DNA from: a virus
Taxonomy: Duplodnaviria; Caudoviricetes
Reading direction: 5' to 3' (one strand)
Length of the DNA: 64,000 nucleotides
IMG/VR virus record: IMGVR_UViG_3300028888_000001
Below the pieces are notes generated by a model. That model saw only the letters and a list, made by a program, of their open reading frames with translations. It was not told the origin of the DNA and searched no databases. Below are positions 48,219 to 58,801 of the stretch, piece by piece; the first letter of the stretch is position 1; each line of letters begins with the position of its first letter. The position numbers and the translations under genes were made by a program.

Positions 48219-50294
48219 ATGGATAATAATATTAATACTCTGTATTTTATACAAGAAAAAGCTATATTAGAAGCGGTTTTTGCTGATGTTTTTAAATGGC
48301 TTAAGAAGTCTTCTAATAATACCACTGTAGTTCCAAAATCTACTCCAAAGAAATCGGCCAAAGCAAAACTTTCTCCATGTACATATATTGACCAAGATTC
48401 CAAAGAAATAGTTATTCAAGGAATTAATTTCCGTAAATTTATTTCTCGTCTAAAGGAAACTTATAAATATAGAGGAATATTAAATCTTTTTGATCGTAAA
48501 TACTCTACATGGGAAATGAATTTATGGTATAAAGAAAAAATAACTAAAGATAGAATGAAAGTTATAGAGCTTAGAGTTCCACTATTTTTCTCATTAGAGC
48601 TTTATAAGATATTTCAAGATTTGTACGAATTTTATAGATATTCAATGTATCAGTCTATAGCAAATGATATTTATAATAATACGTGGATATCTAATTTTGA
48701 GAAAGTGAATCCTGTATATACAGACATATCTAAATTATCTAATATCACATATGAGTTTAAACCATATCAAGCAGAGTTTATTAGACAATATTCTGCTTTA
48801 AAACAGCTCTATGATTTAGATGGCTATATTCTTTCATTTGAGCAAGGTTTAGGAAAAACATTAACCGCTATAGGACTAGTGGAATGCTTAAACAAAGATC
48901 AGATTATTATCATTTGTCCTAACTCGCTGAAAGAAAACTGGGCTAATGAAATCAGTATGTATTATAAAAAATATAATACTCATAAAGGTCTTTTAGAAAA
49001 AGAAATTTTTATAAATAATAATAAAAAATTCAATGCTAAAAATCCTAAATATATTATAGCTAATCAAGAAAATATTCCTTCAATATTTTCTATAATAAAG
49101 CAAAATAAAAACACTATGATTATTGTAGACGAATGTCATAACTTCCGTAATATAGATGCTGAACGTGTAAAGAATCTTATTAAGCTTAAAGAGCTTATAG
49201 ATTGTAAAGATAATCTATTAATGTCTGGAACGCCCATTAAAGCAACGCCAAATGAATTAGCTCCAGCATTAAGAATGATAGATCCATATTTTACCGAGCC
49301 AGTATGTATAAGATATATAAAATCATTCAATACATATTCAGAAGAAATATCTCGTGTTGTTAGGGAGAGATTTTCAAGAATAATTTATAAACAAACTAAA
49401 GAACAAGTGCTACAACTACCGGAGAAAAATATTTATCAAGCATTTTTACCATTAAAGCATGAAGAACCATATTATGTGTCTACAATAAGAAAACAAATAG
49501 CACAGGATTTTCATAAAGAGTATGAGATTCTTTATAAAGATTTTTCTATTTATAAAAATAGATTTGAAACGCTTGTAAAGAAATATTCTTCAGCCCCAAG
49601 TATAGATACTAAAGTATATCTAAATTATCTTGCTGGGAATATAAATTTTGGAGAATACAGAGAAGAATTATATAAAGATTTTCTCAAACAATATGTATAT
49701 CCAAATATACAAGATATATCAGAAATTAAAGAGCTAAAAGAAATGCAAACTAAATATATCTATATGTATAACTCTGCTATGGGCAAAGCAATAGGCAAAA
49801 ATTTACCTCCAGCAAGAGCAAATTGCTATATAGATTTATTTGACGAGAATAAACAATTCTTCATAGAAAAAATAGAATCTAATAATAAGAAAACCGTAAT
49901 ATTTACTCCATTCTTGGATGTTGCAAATCATACTGCTGAAGAATTATCTAAATCTGGAATTAGTAATGTTCTTATTACCGGTGAAACTAAAGATAGATTT
50001 TCTCTTATCACAGAGTTTAAAGAATCAGATATAATAGATGTATTAATTGCTACAACACAAACTTTAAACACTGGCGTTACTCTAGTTGAAGCAGATCAAA
50101 TGTTCTTCTTAGGTGTTCCATATAGAGATGCTGATTTTGAACAAGCTTGCGATAGAATACATCGTATAGGGCAGACCACAGATGTAAATATTTATATCAT
50201 TCTTCTTAAATCTAAACAAGAAAATGTTTCTACTAGAATAGAAAAAATAATGTCATGGTCGGCAGACGCGGTGAATGATTTCATGGATATTTAA
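48219..50294 (+). CDS. SNF2-like superfamily 2 helicase
   Basis: Motifs EQGLGKT, DECH, SGTP, TGVTL and QACDRIHRIGQ. Late motif at 48182-48195. Confidence 0.9.
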   Translation: MDNNINTLYFIQEKAILEAVFADVFKWLKKSSNNTTVVPKSTPKKSAKAKLSPCTYIDQDSKEIVIQGINFRKFISRLKETYKYRGILNLFDRKYSTWEMNLWYKEKITKDRMKVIELRVPLFFSLELYKIFQDLYEFYRYSMYQSIANDIYNNTWISNFEKVNPVYTDISKLSNITYEFKPYQAEFIRQYSALKQLYDLDGYILSFEQGLGKTLTAIGLVECLNKDQIIIICPNSLKENWANEISMYYKKYNTHKGLLEKEIFINNNKKFNAKNPKYIIANQENIPSIFSIIKQNKNTMIIVDECHNFRNIDAERVKNLIKLKELIDCKDNLLMSGTPIKATPNELAPALRMIDPYFTEPVCIRYIKSFNTYSEEISRVVRERFSRIIYKQTKEQVLQLPEKNIYQAFLPLKHEEPYYVSTIRKQIAQDFHKEYEILYKDFSIYKNRFETLVKKYSSAPSIDTKVYLNYLAGNINFGEYREELYKDFLKQYVYPNIQDISEIKELKEMQTKYIYMYNSAMGKAIGKNLPPARANCYIDLFDENKQFFIEKIESNNKKTVIFTPFLDVANHTAEELSKSGISNVLITGETKDRFSLITEFKESDIIDVLIATTQTLNTGVTLVEADQMFFLGVPYRDADFEQACDRIHRIGQTTDVNIYIILLKSKQENVSTRIEKIMSWSADAVNDFMDI

Positions 50295-50328
50295 ATATTC
50301 TAGAGGGATTACTCCCTCTAGAATATTT
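50293..50328 (+). terminator. Terminator (AGGGA/TCCCT family)
   Basis: AAATATTCTAGAGGGA-ttac-TCCCTCTAGAATATTT followed by T residues. Confidence 0.8.
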
Positions 50329-50428
50329 TTTGGTAAACCTAAATTTAGTTATATAATATATATTTGTATAGATAGAACAATCTATACAAAACTTATAAAC
50401 TTTATCATTCATAAAAGGAGAAATAACA

Positions 50429-51439
50429 ATGGCAATGGAATATAACATTTTTACAAAAATTGAAGGTATTAAATTCGTTGGTAGCGCCATCTGTATTGAT
50501 GTAATAGACAAAGATGATACAGCTAAAAATAATGAGTATGATTGCATTATTGCTGTACATGATGGAATTTTTCACACAGATGATGTTCTATGCGTAGCAC
50601 TGGTAATGATGAAGCGGATGGAAGAATCTGTTGAGGAGCAATTTATTCACACTTTGGTAATTCGTACAAGAGATAAAAACGAATTTGACAGGTGCGATTA
50701 TGTTCTTGATGTTGGTGGAGTTGATTCTGTAACTTCAGATTGTGTTAGGTTTGACCATCATCAGCCAGATAGCAAAAGCTATGAAAATGGAATCAAAATG
50801 GCCGCGTGCGGTAAGTTAGCCAGATACTTCTATGCAGAAAGTGATCCTGGTTGGCTTGAGTATCTTAAGGTCAATGTGCTGTATGGAATTGAAGCTCAGG
50901 ATAATGGACAAGATGGATTCCCAACGTATATCAATCCGTTTGGATTTATCAATGTTATGAATCCAAATTGGAATGAACCAAGCGAATACGAGAGACGCTT
51001 TGTAGATGCTGTATCAATTGTACTTGAGATGCTCGGTAGATATCGGGCAAGATATGATTCTGTCAAGGAAGCCGAGGAATATGTCAATACTGCAATAGAA
51101 CACAGTGAAAGAGGAATAATTGTTCTTGAGCAGTTTGCACCGTGGGTAAACTATGTGTGCAAATATAATGCAACCAAAAACAATGATGATGAAAAAATTA
51201 AATTCGTTGTCTTTAAGTCTAGCACTGGCAGTTGGAATGTGCAAACTGTAAGAATTCAGCCAGATAAGTTTGATTCTATCAAGTTGTTACCTGAAGAGTG
51301 GGCTGGAAAGAACGGCGTTGAACTTGATGAATCTTCTGGAATTGAAGGCGGTGTATTCTGCCATATTGGTAGATTCATCTGTGGTTGGAAGACTAAAGAA
51401 GCTGCAATCGAGGCTGCAAAGAAAGCTAATAGTTTGTAA
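50429..51439 (+). CDS. MYG1 (UPF0160) family DHH-like nuclease
   Basis: Motifs HDGIFHTDDV, IRTRD, LDVGG, FDHHQ, LPEEWAG and FCH..RF. Early-motif variant at 50347-50360. Confidence 0.9.
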   Translation: MAMEYNIFTKIEGIKFVGSAICIDVIDKDDTAKNNEYDCIIAVHDGIFHTDDVLCVALVMMKRMEESVEEQFIHTLVIRTRDKNEFDRCDYVLDVGGVDSVTSDCVRFDHHQPDSKSYENGIKMAACGKLARYFYAESDPGWLEYLKVNVLYGIEAQDNGQDGFPTYINPFGFINVMNPNWNEPSEYERRFVDAVSIVLEMLGRYRARYDSVKEAEEYVNTAIEHSERGIIVLEQFAPWVNYVCKYNATKNNDDEKIKFVVFKSSTGSWNVQTVRIQPDKFDSIKLLPEEWAGKNGVELDESSGIEGGVFCHIGRFICGWKTKEAAIEAAKKANSL

Positions 51440-51453
51440 AGATTTACAGTAAC

Positions 51454-51467
51454 AATTATATATTATA
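51454..51467 (+). promoter_or_regulatory. Putative early promoter AATTATATATTATA
   Basis: Exact 14-mer followed by the hairpin TGATGAG...CTCATCA. Confidence 0.7.
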
Positions 51468-51584
51468 GAAGTGTGATGAGGAAATAAGTTAATTTCTCAT
51501 CAGTATCTATAAGTTAATCTAGAATACAAGGGCCATTACTGGCCCTTGCATATTCTAGGATGATTTTTTCATAAGGAGGTAACT

Positions 51585-53252
51585 ATGAAATATGTACTCA
51601 AAGCAACTGTCAAATCAAAAGCTATCATCTTGATGATTCTAAGATTTATAGCTAATAGCATCTATATAGTTATTAATGCGAAAATCTTATTGTGGTTGTC
51701 GTTGGCACTTACTGAAGAAAACCATATGCACTATGCTAATCTTGTAATGGTTGGTAGTTTGGTGAATATGGTATTGTCTTCGTTAATAAGCCTACTGGGA
51801 TTACAGAAAATGATGATCTTCACGGAACTACAGAATATGCTAGTTGACAAAGTTCTACGTTCCGGAGTAGACTTATTTTCGAAATTTTCTCCAGGTGCTA
51901 TAGGCCATATAGGTAATACGCTTAATGCTATATCAGGTGCTTTTGCATTATTCTTAGATACCATAAAAGCAGTAGTGCTAATTGTGGTCTACGTTTGGTC
52001 TATATATTCCATTGATAGTTCGCATATAGTTCATATACTTGTTATAATGACATCAATAGCAATCTGTATGGCTATTGTTAACTACATGTGGAACAAGATA
52101 GACAAGAAGATTGATACTTTAAAGACAGAGAGAAATGTTGAGCTGGACGAAATTCTTAACGGATTTATGGAAGTAAGATCTTTCCCAGGAACAGTTGAAT
52201 CTCATCGAACAGCTATTCTATCACAAAATGGTACATTATTAAAACTATTCTTTAGAAGAAATATTTTGAATTTAACTATCTCAGCAACAACAGAACTTGC
52301 ATCTAGTGCGCTTACAATAATAATTCTGTTATACTGTATAGCAAATCCAAATTTATTATCTAGCGCTATCTCAATGACACTAGTAATGTACACTTGGAGG
52401 CTCTTAGAGCCAGTGTGCGATCTAGTATTTTACATGTCAGACTTATCTGACATGTGTTCAGGAATTCCAAAATTTAAAGAAATAATGCAATTCCCAGAAA
52501 CTATAGAAAACGGTGACATCAATTTAGACGAATTTAATTCTAGTATAGAGATAAACAACGTCTCTTTCTCTTACGATTCATCTAGCAACGTATTATCGAA
52601 TATATGCATGTCTATTCCAAAAGGCTCTCATATAGGAATATGTGGACCATCTGGTGGTGGCAAATCAACATTCCTTAAGCTATTACCAAGATTCTATGAT
52701 GTTACATCAGGTCAAATATTAATAGATGGAATCAATATAAAAGACTTAAAAATAGAATCCATGCGTAAACTTATAGGAATAGTTCATCAGAGTACGTATA
52801 TATTCGACGGCACTCTATTTGATAATATAGCGTATGCTAAGAGACCAAATAAACCAACAGAGTTTGAAGTTGTAGAAGCTTGCAAAAAAGCGTATATCTA
52901 TGACTTTATCAAATCGTTACCTGAAGGTTTTGAAACTAAGGTGGGCCCTAGAGGATTAAAGCTTTCTGGAGGGCAAAAGCAAAGAATCAGTCTAGCAAGA
53001 CTGTTTCTCTTAAATCCAGAGATTATAATTCTTGATGAAGCTACAAGCGCTTTAGATAATGAATCTGAAACAATTATCCAAGAAGCTATCAATAGCTTCA
53101 AAGGAAAGACTATCATTACAGTAGCGCATAGACTCTCAACAATAAAAGATTGCGATACTATATATGTAATAAGTGATCATAAGATTGTTGAATGTGGAAC
53201 TCATGAAGAATTGTTATCCTTAAAAGGTGTATACTATAATATGCAAAAGTAA
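51585..53252 (+). CDS. ABC exporter half-transporter (fused TMD + NBD, MsbA/MdlB-like)
   Basis: Multiple TM helices, Walker A GPSGGGKST, signature LSGGQKQR, Walker B ILDEATSALD and H-loop AHRLST. Confidence 0.95.
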   Translation: MKYVLKATVKSKAIILMILRFIANSIYIVINAKILLWLSLALTEENHMHYANLVMVGSLVNMVLSSLISLLGLQKMMIFTELQNMLVDKVLRSGVDLFSKFSPGAIGHIGNTLNAISGAFALFLDTIKAVVLIVVYVWSIYSIDSSHIVHILVIMTSIAICMAIVNYMWNKIDKKIDTLKTERNVELDEILNGFMEVRSFPGTVESHRTAILSQNGTLLKLFFRRNILNLTISATTELASSALTIIILLYCIANPNLLSSAISMTLVMYTWRLLEPVCDLVFYMSDLSDMCSGIPKFKEIMQFPETIENGDINLDEFNSSIEINNVSFSYDSSSNVLSNICMSIPKGSHIGICGPSGGGKSTFLKLLPRFYDVTSGQILIDGINIKDLKIESMRKLIGIVHQSTYIFDGTLFDNIAYAKRPNKPTEFEVVEACKKAYIYDFIKSLPEGFETKVGPRGLKLSGGQKQRISLARLFLLNPEIIILDEATSALDNESETIIQEAINSFKGKTIITVAHRLSTIKDCDTIYVISDHKIVECGTHEELLSLKGVYYNMQK

Positions 53253-53267
53253 GTGAAAAACTCTATC

Positions 53268-53295
53268 ATCCTCAGAGGGAAATCCCTCTGAGGAT
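53268..53295. terminator. Bidirectional terminator (AGGGA/TCCCT family)
   Basis: ATCCTCAGAGGGA-aa-TCCCTCTGAGGAT. Confidence 0.8.
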
Positions 53296-53309
53296 ATTGT
53301 TTTTATTAT

Positions 53310-56300
53310 TTATTTTTTATTAAAGTATTCATCTATTTCATGCATAGTCATAGGCTTTTTACCATAAATTTCAGCGCACTTACGCTGCAGTTCAATAAGA
53401 ACCTTATTCATAGCACCTACCTTGAAGATGGAGGTAATAATTCTCCCGTCAGTACTACTAGCACTTGAACAAATATCTATTTCTTCATTTGGTCTAAAAT
53501 CTGTATATGGGGCATCCTTATCTGGATATACACTCATGAGAACAACTTTGTTGGCGTTAAGACATGAAAGCTTATCTCCGGGGGAAATCGCATCTGAATA
53601 TCTCGAATATATTTCTATTCGGACACTATTTTCTGCGCCCTTCATTTTACCAGACACATCTGCTTTTCCAACAGAGTCGAAGTTTACAGCTCCATTGCTT
53701 ACAGATCCAGCTGCTATACTTTTTAATCTCTTTACTTCATTTTCTCTATTATTAACTATCTTCTGTAAAGATTCAGACATATCTTTTAGTTCACAAGTTC
53801 TATATATCTTAATATCAGATATAATTCCTGTAACCTTAGATTTAACAATACTTCTACCTATAGTGGTTATATCATTATCCTCTATAGAAAGATTTTTGAG
53901 TAACATATTAGCATCTTCATCGTCAAATGCATTCTGGAATATAATTAATGGCTCACCTTCTCTTATAAGCTGCCCTTTCTTAACTATAGATAATACATTG
54001 GTAGATGCTGGTAAAGTGACATCTTTCATAACTACAATGTCAGAGCTCATAGCCTTAGATAGATATTCAGAACAAACACCTGAGTCTTCAAACCCATCTT
54101 CGTTTGTTGCAATGCACACTTTAGCCAGATAACCCATATTATATGCTAGCTGTTTACCATCACCGATTTTATTACTAAAAGATTTCTTATCCCAAGCAAT
54201 AACTTCACCGGCTTTCACTGAGTTTCCAACTTTTTTATTTGTTGTTAACTGAAGATCTATATAAAAGCCGCCATCGCTATTTTTCTTAGTTTGCTCAGAT
54301 AAGTCTACATAGTCTTTAGATCCATCTGAATATTGTATAAGCATATAATCATTAGTTATCTCTGTAACTTTACCATTTTTCTTAGCCTTGAAAGCAAACA
54401 TATCTGACGTTAAATATGGAAGAGCTTCTTGTGCTCCTGTAGTTATAAGCTGAGGGTGAGAAACATTAATTGGAGTTCCGTGTTTTGCTGTCTGAGCAGC
54501 CGTCATAAACTGACGGAACGGGTCATCACTACTAAGCATAAATGGAGACAAGCTCTCTGTCATGCTCATACTTCCAGTCACAGTATCATTGTCTTTTATA
54601 TCAGAATGCTTAAAATAGCCTCTACCGCCAACAACGCTTGCATCTATTGTTGTATATCTATTTACACCAACAGTGCCAGCAAAACCTGTACTCATGCTAA
54701 TAATATTTTGAGCCGATTTATCATATGATCTTTTTTCAAGAGTATATGCTCTGTCTGAGTTTAAACCAGAAACACCTTTAGTGCTGATAGTATTTTTAGC
54801 TTCGATTTCTAGTAATGGCTGAAATACACTAAGATCTGATGTAGTATTTTGTGCTAGCACGAGATCTATTACAGCAGATTGTTTCATTGTCATAGGGAAT
54901 TTCTTTCCGCGCTTATTATTTGCAGCATACTCTTTATAAGACTGGCTTAGAACCCTATAGAATTGAGCAGCGATAACTTCATTAGTTCTGTATCTATTGC
55001 TGGCTAAATCAGTATGCTTAACATACTTATTATCTACTAATAGATTGCTAGCATATATTAAAGCCTCATGATATGTGGTCGGCAATTTATAGTCTTTACT
55101 AATCTCTATAGTTATTGGGTCATACATCAAATCTTTAAAGTTATCCAAGCCATCTGATTTATTTCTACCTCCGAAATTATCTAATTGCTCTACCCATGTG
55201 GCTTTCTTATTAATGTCTTTGATAGAAATATCTTCTGTATTGCAATCTTTTAGCCCATTCATTAGCATCATTGAATCATATGTATTATTGAAATTAATAT
55301 ATCCATCTTTGAGTTTAATATAGTCTTGATCTATATCGATTGATTTATTTTCAGATATATTATATTTTACTCCAGCTAAGTCCATAGCTGGAACCAATCC
55401 AATATCATGAGCAAGAATTACTATTGTTGGTATATAAGTATTCAACACCCAGCATCTAGAATATGTTGCTCTTTTTAATTCTGATTGGGAAGCATAAATT
55501 TTTCTAAACTCTTTATCGGTAATAGCATTTGCTATAAACTGAGATATCGTAGAATTATTCTCTGGCTTATAGTATAAGCATTTACCATCTTTAGAGAGAG
55601 CTATTGGTAAGCCATTTTTAGCGTTAACTCCTGGGATTTTTCTAATCTCATCTTGGTTAAAGTAAAAAGTTATCTCACCATATTCTTCACTATTAAATAT
55701 AATCTTACTATAAACACTAGCAATATCAATATAGTCTATTGGTAAATTATATTTTTGACAAACTCTTGAGTTGTCACCAGCAATAGTTTTTATTTTTGGA
55801 CCTTTATATTTCTTTAGAGTTTTTATAAGTCTATCAGAATATGGATTAGATTTACCGGTGCTAGTATTATATCTATCTACAAATAACTTATTATAAAATG
55901 TAGCTATCTGTGTACGGGAATCAGATGTTTTAGAAATCGGTATTAAAGGCATCTCAATAGAGAATATTTTTTCATTACCTCTAAGACGCATAAAGCGATG
56001 ATCTCTAAATTTTGGTATATCGAATTTTAAAGTAAAGCGTTTACCATCATAGCCTTCACATTTTACTGTATAAGTAATTATAGAATCTTCTGATGTTGAG
56101 GTGTCTTCTGTAGCAACATCAAGAATGCTTACGGGGAAGTTTTTGTTTTTATCGCTAAGACTATTAAGACACTTTAAAATATCTGCCTCTAAATCATATT
56201 CTTTTTCAAAGTTTACTGTTTTTATATGATGCCACTCATTATTTATAGTATCTATAGGTAATGATGTCTCTGGTAACTCTTTAGGTTTATTAGATTCATT

Positions 56301-57659
56301 AATCATTTCTTTAACAGATTTACCATTAAATTGTTTCTTCATAAATGAATCTTGTGCTGCTGTAATTCTAGCACCTCTAGAAGCACTATAATTTAACCCA
56401 TTATCAGAATTATCTTCTAGATTAGAAAGAATTCTTTTAATATCATTATCCTCTTCCAATTTATTAAGAGCATCATCTTCTGTCTTGGCAAATTTAGAAG
56501 CATCGTTAATTTTCTTTACTAGTATAGCTTTATCTGCCTCTTTAGGCGTATCATCTGGATTTGCATTGCCAGTAAGATTATGAATCACTATGCCTTTATT
56601 TGTTTCTATCTTAGATATAATATTTGCCGCTATAGCATCTGAACTATTCTCTTCTTGATCTTCAGGTTCTTCTACTATAGTTTCATTATTTTTAAGCTTA
56701 GTGATAAACTTAGCAAACTTCATATAAGTTTGGTTATTAACTTGATCAGAAGCAAATTTAAAATATCCATTATTGCCAATGAATACAAAATCTACACCAT
56801 CAAAGCATTTAAGTTCATTTTGAGCAAAACGTACTCTTTTATATATTACGGATATTGGATTTAAATTCTTTCTATAATCGAATAATTCAGATCCATCTTC
56901 TATAGCCCATCCATCTACAGGAACAAACACTGTAATTCTTTGATAGCCAGCTTTAGTAATACGTTTGTCCATTATGAATCGTCTAATAAATTCATAATAC
57001 ATATCAACGCTTTTTCTTATAGTAAACTTATTATTATTCAAATAAGCTTGATTGTAATAGTATAGATCTATAAATAAGTTAGCTTGTTTATATCTATCAT
57101 AATTTAAAAATGTTTTTCTTATCCATGGATTATCCGTTTTGACTTGAGTATACATACTAACCATGGCTTTATTGTTTCTTAATCTATCATTATATAGTAA
57201 TCTTTTATATTTAGCATTAGCAGCATCAGCTTCAGTAAAATATTCGTCATCATACATCTCATTGAAAAATATTACTTTATCTTGCAATCTACAATATAAA
57301 TCATTAATTTCTGATTCTTCTAGGTTGGAAAAATTCTTAACGTCTGTGGTTTCTCTAAAAACACTTGAAGCATCTTCAAGCATTACTCCATTTTGATCAT
57401 ATTGATAATGATCTATCTCTAATGCTCTAGACTCATTATTTATAGTATACATTATATCTTTTTCTACATAATAAGACTGAAAAATCCTATTCTTATTAAC
57501 GCAGAATTTAGAATTCATAAGCAAATTAGAAAACTCATAACTTGGTGTTAGCAATAATATAGCCGAACCCTTAAGTTTATTTTCTTTTACATATGGTAAT
57601 AAGAATTGCTTTTTATATAGTCTATTGTATTTAAGATTCTCTAAACAATACATAAGCAA
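53310..57659 (-). CDS. rpoB: Phage multisubunit RNA polymerase beta subunit with a long N-terminal extension
   Basis: Motifs FDIPKF...GNEK, SDDPFRQFMTAAQ, GFEDS, VKKGQLIREGEPL, GDKL...ANKVV and GRII. Late motif at 57687-57700. Confidence 0.92.
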   Translation of the reverse strand: MLMYCLENLKYNRLYKKQFLLPYVKENKLKGSAILLLTPSYEFSNLLMNSKFCVNKNRIFQSYYVEKDIMYTINNESRALEIDHYQYDQNGVMLEDASSVFRETTDVKNFSNLEESEINDLYCRLQDKVIFFNEMYDDEYFTEADAANAKYKRLLYNDRLRNNKAMVSMYTQVKTDNPWIRKTFLNYDRYKQANLFIDLYYYNQAYLNNNKFTIRKSVDMYYEFIRRFIMDKRITKAGYQRITVFVPVDGWAIEDGSELFDYRKNLNPISVIYKRVRFAQNELKCFDGVDFVFIGNNGYFKFASDQVNNQTYMKFAKFITKLKNNETIVEEPEDQEENSSDAIAANIISKIETNKGIVIHNLTGNANPDDTPKEADKAILVKKINDASKFAKTEDDALNKLEEDNDIKRILSNLEDNSDNGLNYSASRGARITAAQDSFMKKQFNGKSVKEMINESNKPKELPETSLPIDTINNEWHHIKTVNFEKEYDLEADILKCLNSLSDKNKNFPVSILDVATEDTSTSEDSIITYTVKCEGYDGKRFTLKFDIPKFRDHRFMRLRGNEKIFSIEMPLIPISKTSDSRTQIATFYNKLFVDRYNTSTGKSNPYSDRLIKTLKKYKGPKIKTIAGDNSRVCQKYNLPIDYIDIASVYSKIIFNSEEYGEITFYFNQDEIRKIPGVNAKNGLPIALSKDGKCLYYKPENNSTISQFIANAITDKEFRKIYASQSELKRATYSRCWVLNTYIPTIVILAHDIGLVPAMDLAGVKYNISENKSIDIDQDYIKLKDGYINFNNTYDSMMLMNGLKDCNTEDISIKDINKKATWVEQLDNFGGRNKSDGLDNFKDLMYDPITIEISKDYKLPTTYHEALIYASNLLVDNKYVKHTDLASNRYRTNEVIAAQFYRVLSQSYKEYAANNKRGKKFPMTMKQSAVIDLVLAQNTTSDLSVFQPLLEIEAKNTISTKGVSGLNSDRAYTLEKRSYDKSAQNIISMSTGFAGTVGVNRYTTIDASVVGGRGYFKHSDIKDNDTVTGSMSMTESLSPFMLSSDDPFRQFMTAAQTAKHGTPINVSHPQLITTGAQEALPYLTSDMFAFKAKKNGKVTEITNDYMLIQYSDGSKDYVDLSEQTKKNSDGGFYIDLQLTTNKKVGNSVKAGEVIAWDKKSFSNKIGDGKQLAYNMGYLAKVCIATNEDGFEDSGVCSEYLSKAMSSDIVVMKDVTLPASTNVLSIVKKGQLIREGEPLIIFQNAFDDEDANMLLKNLSIEDNDITTIGRSIVKSKVTGIISDIKIYRTCELKDMSESLQKIVNNRENEVKRLKSIAAGSVSNGAVNFDSVGKADVSGKMKGAENSVRIEIYSRYSDAISPGDKLSCLNANKVVLMSVYPDKDAPYTDFRPNEEIDICSSASSTDGRIITSIFKVGAMNKVLIELQRKCAEIYGKKPMTMHEIDEYFNKK

Positions 57660-57790
57660 AATCTCCTTTCGAAGATAATTTCATTGATTATTTATTTGTC
57701 CAACGAAACTTAATTGTACGAATTTAAAGCTTTTAAGACACTATAATAAATTTTTAGAGTATTAATAAAATCACTATAGGAGAAAATAAA

Positions 57791-58447
57791 ATGGAAAGAT
57801 TAAATAAAATTTCAGGTACATATTATATAAGTATGAAACTAGATAACGATACCTTTGGTTACGTTAGGTCATCATCTATCATCGGTAAAAAGAAAGAAGA
57901 TGATAACAAAATTAACCCTAAGTTTTATAAAATTAACAGAACTTTGTTACATAATACTTTTAGTGGTATTAAAGATCAATTTTATGCAGCTATGAATACG
58001 CTGTATTATGATTTGATTAGCCCTGAAGCTGATAAAAGCGAATTAGTAAATCTATTTTTTGTAGTATTCGATACTGGAGTTAAAGAATCTGTTAGAACTT
58101 GCGATGGTTATTTCATTAGATGTGATTCTATAGATGACCTCACAAAAGATGATAAATTTAATAAGCTATATAAAGAATATGTATTAGAAGAAGATGATAA
58201 AGTAAAAGCAAGCTCTGCCGTATTTAATTTTGGTTATGTTACCAATCATATGATAGATATAAATAATTTGCTTGAAGATAAATTTGAATTTGTAGTAAGC
58301 AAATTGCAATATAACTCTATTACCGTTATAGATCAAAAAATACAATTTGATGAGGATGATGTGTTTAGTTTTGAAGCTGATAAAATAAGCAATAATGATG
58401 TATTAAAATATGTCATTAACACAACTCAAGTTAATTTGGAGGTTTAA
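57791..58447 (+). CDS. Hypothetical protein
   Basis: 218 aa, AGGAG RBS, late motif at 57737-57750. Confidence 0.7.
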   Translation: MERLNKISGTYYISMKLDNDTFGYVRSSSIIGKKKEDDNKINPKFYKINRTLLHNTFSGIKDQFYAAMNTLYYDLISPEADKSELVNLFFVVFDTGVKESVRTCDGYFIRCDSIDDLTKDDKFNKLYKEYVLEEDDKVKASSAVFNFGYVTNHMIDINNLLEDKFEFVVSKLQYNSITVIDQKIQFDEDDVFSFEADKISNNDVLKYVINTTQVNLEV

Positions 58448-58453
58448 TAAAAA

Positions 58454-58801
58454 ATGAGAAGTTCTATAAACGAGTATGGAGAACCAATGAAACAATATTG
58501 TGCAAGCTTCTTTAATTATATTGCTAATGAACAACAGATGGTATTTATCAAAGCAGCTAATTCGCAAGAAGCTTGCTCAGTAGCATTAATGTATCTTAGA
58601 AATTTTACTAAGAAAGATGCAACTCTTAAAGACATTGACAGTATTCGTGAGATAGAAGACGCTATGTTTACGGATTACCGTCAGGAGTATAAACGTTATA
58701 TGCATATTTATGACGAAGCTCCTAAGCTTCCTAATCTATTATATTCAGAGGAGGATGGATGGTATTATGTCGACGAAAGTGGAGAAAAAATTGAACTATA
58801 A
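58454..58801 (+). CDS. Hypothetical protein
   Basis: 115 aa, GGAGG RBS. Confidence 0.7.
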   Translation: MRSSINEYGEPMKQYCASFFNYIANEQQMVFIKAANSQEACSVALMYLRNFTKKDATLKDIDSIREIEDAMFTDYRQEYKRYMHIYDEAPKLPNLLYSEEDGWYYVDESGEKIEL

